Below are positions 15,534 to 33,745 of a stretch of 64,000 bases of DNA, piece by piece. Under the pieces are notes generated by a model. That model did no database searches. It was not told where the DNA came from and saw only the letters and a program-made list of their open reading frames with translations. Position 1 is the stretch's first letter; each line of letters begins with the position of its first letter. The stretch is from the human T2T-CHM13v2.0 reference genome, Homo sapiens: the NCBI RefSeq assembly GCF_009914755.1, contig NC_060925.1. One strand, 5' to 3'. The translations under genes and the position numbers were made by a program.

Positions 15534-17707
15534 CTGTGAGAGGTGAAAAGAGAGGAGGGGAAGAAATCTGAAATCTGACTTGAACCTAATTATACTGCTA
15601 GATTAAGAAAATTTTAAAACAAGCAAATTGTGATCTGAAGCCACCTGTAATAACATTATACATCGGTTCCTTTTTAGCAACTCTAGCCATCTTCTGGCTG
15701 GCTTGTCTTCATGCTCCAGGCTGAGGCAGGAATAAGGTGAGTGCATTTCATCACTGCCCCTTTAAGGGATCCTGCACTGCTACTATTTTTTATTTATTTT
15801 ATTAAAGTAAGGATACAGGCATTTATTGGTTCCAAATCGGATAAATTCCAGATTTCACAGACAAGGCCACAAACCGTCATGAAATTAAATCTCTACAAAT
15901 TAACATGAGTTAATATCAAAAGCCCTATTGTTTATACATGGAGACTTTCCAAAAAGTCTCACAGCATGCCACTGAGAAAACTGGAATGTTCCCTTAAAAT
16001 CACATTTAAATAACAAAAAACAAAAAAGTCATGGCATTTAAAAAATAAAAGTAAGTGAGAGAAATATTCATCTAACCAATCCTAATGACCTGTCTTGATT
16101 CTTAGGTGATTAAGCATGCTGAAGCAGTGAGGGTCAAGTGACCCAATGAGCAGTACAGGTTGTATAGACCAAAACAGTTCCTTAATGGAGAAGTTGATGG
16201 AAACACCTGAGATGATGTTAGAAACATTTAATAACTGGGGGGGGCAATAGATGCTGATTATAAACTACTACTGTGTACTCACTAAACATGATCCTAATGA
16301 TGCTAACTCCCTTGCTGTGGCTGCACATTGCTGACATGTCGTTTGATTCTCTGAGTAGAGCTACTTATTAGATGGCAATATTCTGTGCAGTTTCAAGGCC
16401 TAAGGTATAGCATCTCTTGTAAAATAAATGGATACTTTGGTGTGTAGACAAATCTTACTCATTGAGTTAATCTGAATCATTTCCCTCAAGTCTGATTATT
16501 TCCAAATGAACTGGGCAACTGAATTTATAAACTTGTTTTATTCCAGGGACCAAGCTCATGAGCTTACAAACTTGGGATACCCCTACCAAGGTGCAGACAT
16601 ATTTTTTAAGGCTCAGTCTGAAAATACAACAGCTTCTCTCCTTAGCCATCTTAATTTTGGTGTTTCATAATTTAGTTACAAACTTAACTTTTCTGAGTAT
16701 ACTTCAAGTGGTTTCTGGCTTATAGCAACCAATGCTCTAGGCCATTCAAAGGAAATTTCAATGTTTGAACATACAATTTCTTCACTACATCCCCTAATTA
16801 CAAAGTTCATGATAAAGGCTAGTTCACAATTATCACCAGGTAAAGATAATGAAAGTTTAATTTGGAAACGTGCAAATTGAAGAAGAACCCAATTTTTAAA
16901 AGTTGCCATCACATTCAATTTATAGCCTTTTCGTATTAGCATAATGGACCTTGAAATTACAAGGGAGAGGGAAAATGTGGAGAGCATTAATATTTATTGA
17001 GTGCCTATTATGTGCTCCAGATGTTTTACATATATGTTACTCATTAATCCTCTAAATAACCCTGACCTCAGCAACCCTCACCCCACCCTTCTGTGCCACT
17101 ATTCCACCTTTTGCTGTCCCAATGGAAACCAGGCTAGATGCCTTTATCAGATCCTCCTATAGCACTGGAATCCTGTACTCAGAGCACTTCTTACACTTTC
17201 TTATTACTTGTTTAATTGTCTTTTCCCAAACAGACTATAAGTCTCACGAAGGGGGTTACTTCTTATTGACTGCTATATCTCTAGCACCTATTATGACATA
17301 AGACTCACAGAAGATATCACTAGTATTTAATTAGTATTAATGAAGGAATCACCACAGAAGACAGTAACATATCTGAGGATAAGACTGGGATTTGAAATTC
17401 ATGTATTTCCTACAAACAAGCAATTATATACTAATGGAAAGGCTTTTCCAGAATATCAGTACATGCACTAGTAATATACTAGCAGGAGATCTTTAGATGC
17501 TGTTTTAAAGTGGGAATAGTTCCTATTAGATTAGTATTCAGTTCCTATAAAAAGGATTTCAACATTACACTTAATGGTAGAATACTATGGTACAATGGGA
17601 AAGTATTGCCTAAAACCAAAATATGGCAGATAACATTATGAAACTTTGTTTCTAATTTGTGGCAAGTAATGAATCTGCAGCATTACTAGTACCATCTTAT
17701 GTATTAA

Positions 17708-18055
17708 GTGTCTTAGTCCACTCAGGCTGCTATAACAAAATACCCAGCTAGGTGGCTTATAAACAACAGAAATTTATGTCTCATAGTTCTGGAGGCTGGG
17801 AAGTCCAAGATTAAGGCAAAGTCAGTGTCTGGTGAGGAACCTTGTTCATGGATAGTGACTTCTAGCTCTGTCCACAGATGCTGTCAGGAGCAAGCGGTGT
17901 CTCTAGGGCCTCTTTAACAAGAGCACTAATCTCACTCATGAGGGTCCCACCCTCAAGATCTAATCACCTCACAAAGGCCCTACCTCCTAATACCATCATC
18001 TTGGGAGTTAGGTTTCAACATATGAATTCTGAGGGAACACATTCAGACCATATCA
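17708..18055 (-). mobile_element. MLT1A-like MaLR solo LTR
   Basis: tgtcttagtccactcaggctgctataacaaaatacc...cattcagaccata. Confidence 0.8.
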
Positions 18056-18765
18056 TTTAGGCACTGTCACTTTAAAGCTTTATCTATTTCTTTCTGTAGC
18101 ATGTGTGAAGGCTTCTGAAGACCAGCTTTTGAGGAAACCAATGGCCCTGAAAATACCTCAAAAGAAGCTTGAAATTGAAATTAGTGTTGACGTAGTTGGG
18201 GGCTACCTACCCTGGGGTTATCCGACTGCAAAAATAAATGGAAGTAAAGTACTATGAATTATCCAATTTATCTTTCTTGGTTGAACTTCTTACAAAAAGT
18301 ATAGCCCTAATTATTCTGTGAGTTTGAACTGTTGCCTGGACTCAACTTGTTTAAATGTTAAATAAAATATGTTGTCTCTTCTCTCCACAATGAAAACATT
18401 CTTTCCTTACTGCCAGTTAATTCCAGTGGAAATGGGAGGCAACCTCAGAGTCTAGTAATCTACAATCTGTGATTGTTTATTAACTATAATGTGGTTGTTC
18501 AAAGTCATTACCAAGTCTATCCAAAGGTAACTCTGATTCAACTGTACACAGATAAAAACAATGAACCTAATTTTTAAGTCAGGAGGAATCTTGGAAAATC
18601 CTTTTATTTTCCTTTTAATACCCTGAAGCAGGGAGGTTAAAGATGATGTTCCAACCATTAGTGAGTGGCAGACCAGGGAGGAGAGTAAACTCAGGATTCC
18701 CAGAGCCTAACAGGAAGGGAAAAATAGCTTCTTGTCTGTTTATTAATCAGATTACTGGCATTTAC

Positions 18766-18846
18766 CTTCCACTGATGTAAATGTTGTAATCGAGGTAGTC
18801 TGACCATGCAGGAAAGGATCCAACTTAATTGTGTGTGTTCAGACAC
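18766..18846 (-). CDS. WARS2: WARS2 coding exon 3 (81 nt): [27 protein letters not shown]
   Basis: Read manually; not in the ORF track. Acceptor TTTAG| and donor AAG|GTAAAT; in frame with exon 2. Confidence 0.97.
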
Positions 18847-19530
18847 CTAAAGAAATAAAATAGAACATTAGTAAAGGTGGCCAGTGTTTTCTTGCATATA
18901 AGAAGAACTAAGTAGTAAGTATTACCCTAAATGTCTGAAAATACCCCAAATTAAGGTTATTATAAGAACAGGTGAAGGGGGCTTAGTTCTGATTCATGAA
19001 GCATAGACTCTTAGGTGAAGAAAAAAATCATACAAGCTAACTGATTTGGTTATTAATCTAGTGTTTAAGTCTACTCCACAATACCCCACCAGATTCTGCT
19101 TCAACATCTTCAGTGAGAAAGTTTCATGATGTCCTGAGGCATCTGTTCTATCTGTAAAAAGCCAAGCTTATTAAGAAGGCACACACACACTCTCTCTCTC
19201 TCTATCACACACTCACATACTCACACACACTCACACACTGGTTCCAAGCCTCTCTAAATAACTTCTAAATACATCAAAGCAGCTATAGTACTTTACATAT
19301 AAGTGGTGGAAAAAGGTACTGGACTTAACATTAAAGATTGAATTCTTTAGATATAGGGTAACTTGAAAGTTAGAGATCACTTTATCATTCCATCACCCCA
19401 AAAGGTATTTTTATAGTTTCTACTTCCTCCTCTCCCTCCTCTTTTTCATCTTCCTCTCCTCCTTTTCTGTTTTTTTTTTTTTTTTTTTAAGAAGAAGTCT
19501 AATCAGCAAGAAAATATAAACTTTCCCCAA

Positions 19531-19834
19531 TTTTTTTTTTTTTTTGAGACAGAGTCTCACTCTGTCGCCCAGGCTGCAGTGCAGTGGTGTGATCTCAGTT
19601 CACAGCAACCTCCGACTCCCAGGTTCAAGCAATTCTCTGCCTCAGCCTCCTGAGTAGCTGGGATTACAAGTACCTGTCACCACATCCGGCTAATTTTTTT
19701 TTTTTTTTGTCTTTTTAGGAAAGACAGGGTTTCACCATCTTGACCAGACTTGTCTTGAACTCCTGACCTCGTGATCCACCCACCCCAGCGTCCCAAAGTG
19801 CTGGAGTTACAGGCGTGAGCCACTGCGCCCAGCC
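19531..19834 (-). mobile_element. AluS
   Basis: Reverse-strand dimeric Alu. Confidence 0.9.
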
Positions 19835-21748
19835 CCAAATTTGTTTGTTTCAACCAAATTTAATCAAGCTACCAAACCTGATGACCTAGAATTTAAGGCC
19901 TATGCATCCCGTTTCTTTACTCTGGGGATTACAAGCCCTTCATCAACTGTGGCTTTTTTTTTTTTTTTCATCCACATGATTTCCTTAAAAAGCAGAGACT
20001 GCTGCCAACTCTGAAAAGTGGCCCCAAATGTGTTCTTTGTGGGTTTTGCAAAAAGAACATAAAGGAGTGGAGCTGAATCAGCCCAGGCCTGTTCTACTAA
20101 CAAGGAATCGCCATCTGTTGTAAGATAGTTTCTCATTTTTTTCCTCAAGTTATAGAGAGGGAAGAGTTGTTTTTCACGTGTTTGATAAGGAATCACTTTT
20201 AAAGTTTTGCAAGTCCCTGGGCTGAATCTGTCATCTTTCTTCCAAGAGGCATTTGGGTTTCATTCAGGGCAGTGACATTGACACACTGTCCATGCAAATT
20301 GCTAACTGCTGCTGTAAACAAATAGCTATCAGACAAAAACAGAAACTAACCCTGGATGTAGGCAAGAGGACTAGAGTTGCTTCCAATCACCAAGGAAAAT
20401 ACATTCCCATTAGAAGTAATAAAACAAGAGCTGTTTTTCTGGCATGAAGAAGTAGGAGAGAATTTTTTTTTCTTCTTTACTGAATTGGAAGAAAGGAATG
20501 AAAACACAGATAATAACCATGGATATGTGGAAGGAGACAAGATGACGCCTCTTTAACTCTGATTCAAATGCTTAGCTTTGGTGATACGCAAAAAGCTACC
20601 ACTATGTCTCCACGAAGCTGAGTATTTTCCTTGGAGTAGCTTTTTATTTGGACATATGGAATGAAACTTACTTAATATTCTGCAGAGATCTTCCTGGTGT
20701 TTCCAAAATGGTGAGCATAAAATTAATTCAAATTATCTTCATACAGAAAAAGTAGGTAAAAGGTCAATGGCAATTAATTTTTTACAATTCATTTTTAATA
20801 ATTATATAAGAAGGGTAGGATACTTCAGGATTTGGTTGTCTTACTTCATTCATATTCATGACAATTGCATGGAAAGGTTCAGAGTTCCACTTGGGAGAAA
20901 AAGGAAAAATGGTATCTAAATATAATATTTTATCATTTATGCTGTGAAACCAAAAACAAACTAGCTGTATAACCCGATTAGCCACAGAAAAACAAAGGCA
21001 TGGACAATAAAGTGGCCTATTGACCATCCACAAACAAGTCAGCAGTGATGAGTAGAAAGAAAGAACTGAAGATTTCAGACCTCTAATTCTAAAAGGTGCA
21101 TTCTTCAGTTGCAGCAGTTTTGCCTATCTTTTTCACAGCTGTAGAAAGTAACTTGGTACATTGCATGTCCTGAGACATACAATGTACCTCAGGAAATATT
21201 TGTTGAATGCGTGGGCAATAGCAAAGGCTGTAAAAAGAATGGGACCATTAGGTTTGGCAACAGACTTGGTGATTGAGGCAAAAGCAGTTTCAGGGGAGTG
21301 ATTGGGATGAAAGGTAAATTGCAGTGGGCTGACGAGTGAGACTAGAAGGCAGGATATAAAGGCAGATACACAATAAGCATTGCAAAGTAGTTAAGAGCCC
21401 TGTCTTTGGAGTGAGGTTGCCTGGATCTGAATGCAAGTTCTGCCACTTAGTCGCTGAGTGACTCTGTGTAAGTGATTTAATCTCTTTGTGTCTCAGTTTT
21501 CCCCTCTATAAAATGAGGTTAACAATAATATCCACTTGATAGTATGTAAACAGAACCTAGCATATAGTAACTACTCAATAAATGGTGGCTTTTATTATTA
21601 CAATTTTTAGAAATACTTCTGTTTTAACTTTTAAGATAATTGTACATTCACATACAGTTGTAAGAAATAATACAGAGTGATCCCGTACGCCCTTAACCCA
21701 GTTTCCCTCAATGGCAACATCATGCATAACTACAGCTTAATATCACAA

Positions 21749-23730
<1,982 letters not shown>

Positions 23731-24204
23731 CATAAAAGTAAACATTAGACATTTATAGACAATGTCTAAACATGTGGCATATGTATATAGTTGCATACTG
23801 TATACAAATAAGTGAGGTAGATTTAAATGAATAAACATGAATAACAAAAACATACTAGTGTGTGAAAAAAAACTGCAAAAAAGTACTGTACTATTATACC
23901 AACTACGAAAAAAATTTTAAACCATACAAACAAAAATATTATATACTGTTCATCGAATTACACATGAAAACAATTATAAAAAATAGGCTAGATTGACACC
24001 AAATCCAAGATTTTGGTTGCCTGGGAATAGAGGAAAGAGATGCAATCAGGAGGGGTAAAGGGAATAGGAAGGGAAAGAATTGAAGGAACCCTCAACTTCA
24101 TCAATAATGTTTTTAATATAAAAAAGTTGAAACAAATATGACAAAATATTAATATTCATTTTTGGTGTTGGGAATATGAAAGTTTTACCATTTTCTGCAT
24201 TTTG

Positions 24205-24940
24205 CTTTTTTTTTAAATTTTATTTTAGGTTCAGGAGTACATGTGCAGGTTTGTTATAGAGGTAAACTCATGTCACAGGGGTTTGGTGTACAGATTATTT
24301 TATCACCCAGGTACTAAGCCTAGTACCTATTAGTTATTTTTCTGCCCTTCTCCCTCCTCCCATTCGACACCCTTATGTAGGCCCCAGTGTCTGTTGTTCC
24401 CCTCTATGTGTCCATGTGTTCTCATCATTTAGCTCCCACTTATAAGTGAGAATATGTGGCATTTGTTTTTCCATTCCTGTGTTAGTTTGCTAAGGATAAT
24501 GGCCTCCAGCTCCGTCCATGTTCCTGCAAAGAAAATGATCTTATTTTTTATTTTTATGGCTGCACAGTAATCCATGGTAAAATGTGGTATATGTACATTT
24601 TCTTTATTCAATCTGCCATTGATGGGTATTTAGGTTGATTCCGTCTTTGCTACTGTGAATAGTGTTGCAATGAACATATGTGTGCATGTATCTTTACGGT
24701 AGAACGATTTACATTCCTTTGGGTATATACCCAGTAATGGGATTACTGGGTCGAATGGTAGTCCTGTTTTTAGCTCTTTGAGGAACTGCCACACTACTTT
24801 CCACAATGGTTGAACTAATTTATACTCCCGTCAACAGTGTATAAGTGTTCCCTTTACTCCATAACCTGGCCAGCATCTGTTATTTTTTGATATTTTAACA
24901 ATAGCCATTCAGACTGATATGAGTTGGTATCTCGCTGTAA
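24205..24940 (-). mobile_element. Older primate L1 (L1PA15/16 or L1PB-like) 3' end
   Basis: tacatgtgcaggtttgtta...ctcccacttataagtgagaa...ttccacaatggttgaactaattta. Confidence 0.85.
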
Positions 24941-25239
24941 TTTTTTTTTTTTTTTTTTTTTTTTTGAGACAAGGTCTCACTCTGTTGCCCAGGCTGGAGT
25001 GTAGTGGCGCGATCGGCAACCTCCACCTTCCCAGGCTCAAGCATTCTCCTGCCTTACCCTCCCAAGTAGCTGGGATTACAGATGCATGCAACTACCGCCC
25101 GGCTAATTTTTGTATTTTTAGTAGAGACGGGGTTTCACCATATCGGCCAGGCTGGTCTTGAACTCCTGACCTCAAATGATCCACCTGCCTCAGCCTCCCA
25201 AAGTGCTGGGATTAAAGGCGTAAGTCACCGCACCCGGCC
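24941..25239 (-). mobile_element. AluS
   Basis: Reverse Alu with a small internal deletion. TSD ct(c/t)gctgta. Confidence 0.9.
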
Positions 25240-26280
25240 CTTGCTGTATTTTTAAAGATTTGAGATGGGCTAATTTTTAATATTTTTTTAATTTCAAAAA
25301 TATTTAATTAACAGAAAGAGTGCAGGATAGACAGCATGATTCTGAAAGATATAGCTGCTAGGTATCAATCAATTGATTCAAGCAATTAGCTGGCTCAGTA
25401 AATCCTGGATCAAATCTCTGTGTCCCTTAAGATTTTATTTTTTCGCATGTAAATGTTATCTTCCTAGGAATTGGGTCCTGTAAGTTTTAGTTAGGACACT
25501 TGGAAGACTATTTAGACTCAGAAATTCTCATTTATTGCTTCCTCTTGGAAACTAGCAATTTATGCTGAGTTGTTTTTATTAGACTCTTACTATCCCCATG
25601 ACAAATCCCCTTAACAGGAACTCTGGGGTTCTGATTTTAATTAAGGAATCTCTGTATCAATATAAGCTCACTCTCTTCAACTGGTCTTCCCCCACTCAGT
25701 ACTCTTGTTTGCCAATAAACATCTGTCTGTACACATCTGGAGTTCTCTATACTTTTTCTTAGTCTAATACTTCCAAAGTTAAATAAGTAGCTTCTGTCAG
25801 GCTGTTCTTGATTTAAAAGTCACCTCTATGTAAATTCTATTGCTTATTGTGCTTGTGTGTGTGTTTACCTGTAACAATATATTCATCAGATTATGCTAGG
25901 CTATACAGGGTAACAGACAGCCCCCAAATTTAAGTGGCTTACAGGAATTGTTTCTTCCTCTTTCACATGACATATTGGTACCTATAGCTTGGCTATAATT
26001 CTGCTTTATAGATCTTTTCATTCCAGGATCCAAGTTGAACAAATAGCCCCTATCTGAACATTCTGTTCTCATGTCAGAAGGAAAAAGAGCAAGAGAGCTA
26101 GAGCAAACATGCAATGGCTCTTAAAGATTCTTCCTGAACATGGTGTACATCATGCCCACTCACTTTCCACTGGCTAAAGTAAACCACATGGACAAGTCCA
26201 ACATCAGTGGGACAGAAAGAGATGCCTCTCCCACAGGAGAAGTCACAAGGCAATGGGTGAGGACATATAATCCTCCGAAG

Positions 26281-26567
26281 CAGGGGTCAGCAAACTACTG
26301 CTCCCAGGCCAAATCTGGCCTGTGGACTCTTTCTGTTCCACCCATGGGCTAAGAATGGTTTTTGCATTTCATAAGAGTAATCAAATTTTTTTTTAAAAAA
26401 GAAGAGGAAAAATGGAGAAGGAGGAGGAGAAAGAGGAGAGGAAGAAAGAGAAAAAGAAGACAAGGAAGAGATAGTAGCAATGGCAGTGGCGAGAGAGACT
26501 ACGTGCTGCCTGCAAAGTCTAACATGTTTACTATCTATCCTTTCACAGAAAGTTTGATAATCTCTGC
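26281..26567 (+). mobile_element. MER58-like hAT MITE
   Basis: caggggtcagcaaactac...gcctgcaaagtctaa...acagaaagtttg. Confidence 0.7.
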
Positions 26568-26779
26568 TCTTACAATAAATAAAAATGAATAACTGGGAAC
26601 AATAATAATCTACCACTAGTACATCCCCCAAATTAGCTACCATGACAAAAAATAAGAGAATTGACCTGTAGAGAAATTGATGGCAGACAGCTGATTTTTT
26701 TCAAACCTATCTTTTCAGTAAGATTGTATTTAAAATTTCTATGTTGATATATTTGATAGCCCCAGGAACTTAGGTCCAA

Positions 26780-28250
26780 CAAAATAATAAAGGTTTTTTG
26801 AACTACATCGAAATTTAAAACTTCTCTCCATCAAGGGACCCAATCAGCAGAGTAAAAAGGCAACCTATAAAATGGGAGAAAAATATTTGCAAATCATATG
26901 TCTGGCAAGCAGTTAACATCCAGATTATACAAAGAACTCTTAAGGCCAGGTGCGGTGGCTCACCCCACTAATGCCAGCACTTGGGAGGCCAAGGCAGGAG
27001 GATTGTTTCAGCCCAGGAATTCAAGACTAGCCTAGGCAACACAAGAAGGCCCCATCTCTATCATCCCCCAACCAATTTTTTTTTAAATTAGCTAGGCATA
27101 GAGGTATGTACCTGTAGTCCCAGCTACTCAGGAGGCTGAGGCAGAAGGATGGCTTGAGCCCAGGTGGTCAAGGCTGCAGTGAGCTATGATAACACCACTG
27201 CACTCCAGCCTGAGCAACAGAGAGATACCCCCTATCAAATAATAATAATAATTAAATAATACTATTTAATAAATTATAATTTATTTAATTATAAATTATT
27301 GTTAAATAAAACAATAACTATTATTATTAAATAAAACATTTTAAATAAAGGACTCCTACAAATCAACAGCAAAAACAAAACTAAACATCAACTCGATTGA
27401 AAAATGGGCAAAGGATTTGAATAGGCATTTCTCCAAAGAACATATACAAATGGCCAACAAACATATGAAAGAGATGCCCAATCTTACTAATAATTAGGGA
27501 AATGCAAATCAAAACCATAATGTGATATCACCTTATATCCACTAGGATGGCTGCCATATATATATATATCTCCCAGAAAATAGTAAGTGTGGTGAGGATA
27601 TGGAGTAACTAGAACTCTTGTATACTGTTGATAGGAATGTAAAATGGTGCAGCTGCTATGGAAAATAGCATAGCGATCCCTCAGAAAATTAAAAATAGAA
27701 TTACCATATGATTCAGCAGTTCCATTTCTCATATATATACATAAGAATCAAAAGCAGGGTCTCAAAGAATATTTGTACACTCATGCCCAAAACAGCATCA
27801 TTCACAATAGCTGAAAGATGGAAGCAGCCCAAATGTCCATTATAAGATGACTAGATAAATGAAATGTACAAACATATGATGTAACATTATTCAGCCTTAA
27901 AAATTAAGAAAATTCTGACACATGCTACAATATGAATGAACTTGGAGGACATTATACTAAATGAAATAAACCAGCCACAAAAAGACCAATATTGTATGAT
28001 TTATCTGTATGAGGTATACATTTGAGTAGTCAAACTCATAGAGACAAAAGGTAAAGTGGGAGTTGCCAGGAACTGTGGGGGAGAGGGGAATGAGTTATTG
28101 TTTAATGGGTATAGAATTTTCAGTTTTGCAAGATGAAAAAGTTCTAGAGATTGGTTGTTCAACAATGTGAATATACATTACAGAACTTTATACTTATAAA
28201 TGGTTAAGATGATAAATTTAATGTGTTTTACAAATTTCAAAAATTTTTAA
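26780..28250 (+). mobile_element. L1MB-like fragment interrupted by an AluJ (26944-27240) with an AT-rich expanded tail
   Basis: L1 ORF2-end and 3' UTR sequence on both sides of the Alu. Confidence 0.8.
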
Positions 28251-28510
28251 AAAGGTATATAAAAATATAGATGAAACGTATTTCTCAAGTTGGAAAAAAT
28301 GGTAAATTTTATGTTATGTGAGTTTTGTTTCAATAAATTGTTTTTAAAAGTCACATGGAAGGGCTGGTTTGAGGCAAAAAGGAAAGGTCTGGTTTCAGAT
28401 ATGCTGAACTTGAGACTTTGAAGATATTCACAGAGATGTCTAGAAGATAGCTGGTAATACAAGTCTAGAATTAGAGAGAAACGAAATGGCTAGAAAAAAA
28501 TCTGAGAAGT

Positions 28511-28990
28511 GGTCAGGCATGGTGGCTCATGCCTGTAATCCCAGCACTTTGGGAGGCTGAGGAAGGTGGATTATCTGAGGTCAGGAGTTCAAGACCAGCC
28601 TGGCCAACATGGCAAAACCCCATCTCTACTAAAAATACAAAAAAGTTAGCCAGGCATGGTGGTACAAAAAGGTTAGCTGGACATGATGGTGCGCACCTAT
28701 AGTCCCAGCTACTTGGGAGGCTGAGGCACAAGATTCACTTGAACCCAGGAGGCAGAGGTTATAGTGAGTCGAGACCATGCCACTGCACTCCAGCCTCAGC
28801 AATAGAGGGATAGTCTGTCCCAAAAAGAAAAAACAAACAAACAAAAAACAGAGAAGAAAGGCAAGAAAGAAAGAAAAGAAAGAAAGAAGAGAGAGAGAAG
28901 GAGGAGGAGGAGAAGAGGGAGGGAGGGAGGAAGGAAGGAAGGAAAGAAAGAATATCTGAAAGGAGAAAGAAAGAAAATCTGAAGGGAAAT
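28511..28990 (+). mobile_element. AluS with a duplicated linker and GA-rich expanded tail
   Basis: Dimeric Alu; 27-bp internal duplication at 28636-28689. Confidence 0.88.
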
Positions 28991-29191
28991 AGTCAAAAGT
29001 TATGGATTGGAGGACAATTTTGGGGGATTAAAGAAAAGCAGTTGATAAAAGAAACAAACTATCAGTATAGGGAACATGATACATCAACAAATCAAATTAT
29101 TAGTTTACGGAATAAAACTCTGAGCAGGCTGTTTCTTGGTTGCATTGTGAATACATGATTCAAAGATCAGATGAAAATTTCATACCATAAC

Positions 29192-29516
29192 TTTTTTTTT
29201 TTTTTTTTTTGAGACGGGTCTCTCTCTGTTTCTCTGCTGTCCAGGCTGGAGTGCAGTGGTGTGACCTTGGCTCACTGCAGCCTCGACCTCCCAGGCTCAA
29301 GCGATTCTCCTGCCTTAGCCCCACCAAGTAGCTGGGATTACAGGCAAGTGCCACCATGCCTGGCTAATTTTTTTTTTTTTTTTTTTTTTGTAATTTTAGT
29401 ACAGACGAGGTTTTGCCATGTAGCCCAGGCTGGTCTCAAACTCCTGAGCTCAAGCGATCTGCCTGCCATGGCCTCCCAAAGTGCTGGGATTACAGGCATG
29501 AGCCATCACGCCTGGC
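29192..29516 (-). mobile_element. AluJ
   Basis: gcagcctcgacctcccaggctcaagcgat diagnostics. Confidence 0.88.
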
Positions 29517-30339
29517 CCATACCAATTTTTTAGCTGCAGTAAACTACCTGCAGTGTTCCCTACACTACACAATTCCATGGGCTTTCCTTCTTTCTTTTGG
29601 TTCATATAACAACATCCTACGAGCCTATTCATTTAAACATTATATATTTTTATAGTATATATTTAGTCCATATACATTCTATATATTTGTAGACTTAGAC
29701 TATAGACTAAATATATAATATATATATATACTAAATATATATATTATATATAGTAAATCAAGCCCAGTGAGGCATACTTTATAAACAATAAGATGCACTC
29801 ATTTTAGCTGTTCAGTTCAATGAATTCTGACAAATCTATACACCAATCAAGATACAGAAAATTTTGATTCTCCCAAAAGAAGTTCTCTCATGTCCCTTTG
29901 TACCCCTTGCTCTTGAAACCACTGATCAGTTTTGTTACTGTGGATTTGTTTGGCTTATTCTATATCATTTAAATGAAATTATATAATATAAACTCTTATG
30001 CTTGGCTTTAATACTCAGCATGTTTTATACAACTCTTTTTGTAGATTATTGGTAAAGTCTTTTGGGTAAATACCTAGGAGTAGAATTGCTGGGTCACGTG
30101 GTAAGTATACGTTTAACTTTGACAAACTGTTCTCTAAGGTAGATTTATCATTTTACAGTGTTACTAGCAATGTAAAATAATCCCAGTTTCTCAACATACT
30201 TACCAAAGCATAGTATTCTCAGTATCTTTAAGTTTGGTCATCCAAGTGGGTGAACTGGTATCTTACTATGGTTTTTTTTCTGACGACTATGATGTTGAAC
30301 TTTTCATGTGCTTATTAGCCATTTGTTATTATTATTATC

Positions 30340-30624
30340 ATTTTTGAGATGGAGTCTTGCACTGTTGCCCAGGCTGGAGTCAGTGGCACGATCTCGGCTG
30401 ACTGAAACCTCTGCCTCCTGGGTTCAAGTGATTCTCCTGCCTCAGCCTCCTGAGTAGCTGGGACTACAAGTGCACACCACCAAGCCCGGCTAAATTTTGT
30501 GTTTTTAGTAGAGACAGGGTTTCACCACATTGGCCAGGCTGGTGTTGAACTCCTGATCTCGTGATCCTCCCTCCTCGGCCTTCCAAAGTGCTGGGATTAC
30601 AGGCGTGAGTCACTGCGCCTGGCC
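30340..30624 (-). mobile_element. AluS
   Basis: Reverse Alu inside an old L1M. Confidence 0.9.
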
Positions 30625-30684
30625 CCATTTGTTACCTTTGTTTGTGAAATGTCTACTCAAATAAAGTGGCCATTTAAAATATTA

Positions 30685-30992
<308 letters not shown>

Positions 30993-31488
30993 ATTAGGTT
31001 GTCTCCTTATTATTAAGAGTTTTTTATACAGCTGGATAAAAGCCTTGCCAGATATATGTACTGTGAATATTTGCTCCCACTTTATGGGTTACCTTTTCAT
31101 TTTCTTAATGGTGTTTTTGAAGAACAGAGGCTTTATCTTTTGATGAAATCAAATGTATCAATAGTTTCTCTTATATTAAGTGATTTTGTGTACTATTAAG
31201 AAATCTTGGCCTATCCTAAAGGCCTGGAAAATTTTCCCCATATTTTCTTTCAGAAGTTTCATAGCTTCAGATTTTACATTTAAGTCTGTGGTGGTTTTAA
31301 GTTGATCTTTTTTGTGAATGGTATGAGGTGAGAGTCAAGGTTCATGTTCTCCCTCACATGGACATCTAGCTGGAGACCTAACACCCTCTGCTGAAAAGAC
31401 TATTTTTTCCCCCACTGAACTGCTTTGAACCCTTCATTGAAAATATTTGACCATATATATGTGGGTCTACTTCTTGATTCCCTATTTC

Positions 31489-32744
<1,256 letters not shown>

Positions 32745-32934
32745 TCAATTATTATAGCTGTATAATAAGCTTCAAAAGGCAGTATAAGTCCTCTAGTTGT
32801 GTTTTCTTTTTCAAAGCTGTTTTGAGTATTCTAAACACTTTGCATGGCCTTATACATTTCAGATTCAGTGTGTCAGTTTATATAAAAATGTATGTTGAAA
32901 TTTTCATTGCGATTGTGAGAAGTCTATAGATCAA

Positions 32935-33275
32935 TATTTAAAAAAAGTAGAGATCATGTCCTTTGCAGGAACATGGATGAGCTGGAGGCCATTATCCTTA
33001 GCAAACTAACACAGGAACAGAAAGCCAAATGCTGCACGTTCTTACTTATAGGTGGGGACTAAATGATAAAAACACATGGACACATTGAGGAGAAGCACAC
33101 ACAGTGGGGCCTTTCAAAGGGTGGAGGGTAGGAAGAGGAAGAGGATCAGGAAAAATAACTAATGGATACTAGACTTAATACCTGGGTGATGAAATAATCT
33201 GTACACCAAACCCCCAAGACACAAGTTTACCTATGTAACAAACCTGCACTTGTACTCCTGAACTTAAAAGTTTAA
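32935..33275 (+). mobile_element. Short older L1PA 3' end
   Basis: atcatgtcctttgcaggaacatggatg...aacctgcacttgtactcctgaacttaaaag. Confidence 0.8.
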
Positions 33276-33357
33276 AAGATAACATATTAACAATATTGAG
33301 TTTTCCAATCCAATCTAAAAACAAGGCTTTCACTTCTAGTAATGGCTACTTAGCTTG

Positions 33358-33745
33358 GTATCAGTCTTCTTGGGCTGCCATAACAAAGTACCATAGACTG
33401 GGCTGCTGAAATAACAGGAATTAATTTTCTCACAGTTCTGATGGCTGGAAGTCTGAGATGAAGGGGCCTGCATGGTTGTGTTCTAGTGAGTGCTCCCTTC
33501 CTGTCTTCCTGGCTTACTGATGGCTGCCTTCATGCTATAACCCCACATGGCAGGCAGAAAAAGAGAAAAACAGACAGATCTTTCCCTCTTCTCATAAGGC
33601 CACAGGCCTATCAGATTAGGGCTCCCTCCTTAGGACATCATTTAACCTTAATTACTTCCTAAAGACCCTATCTCTATATACAGTCATACTGGGGGTTAAG
33701 GGAGCAACATATGAATTTTGAGGGATACAACTCAGTTGATAGCAA
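33358..33745 (-). mobile_element. MLT1-type MaLR LTR
   Basis: gggctgccataacaaagtaccatagactgg...caacatatgaattttg. Confidence 0.75.
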
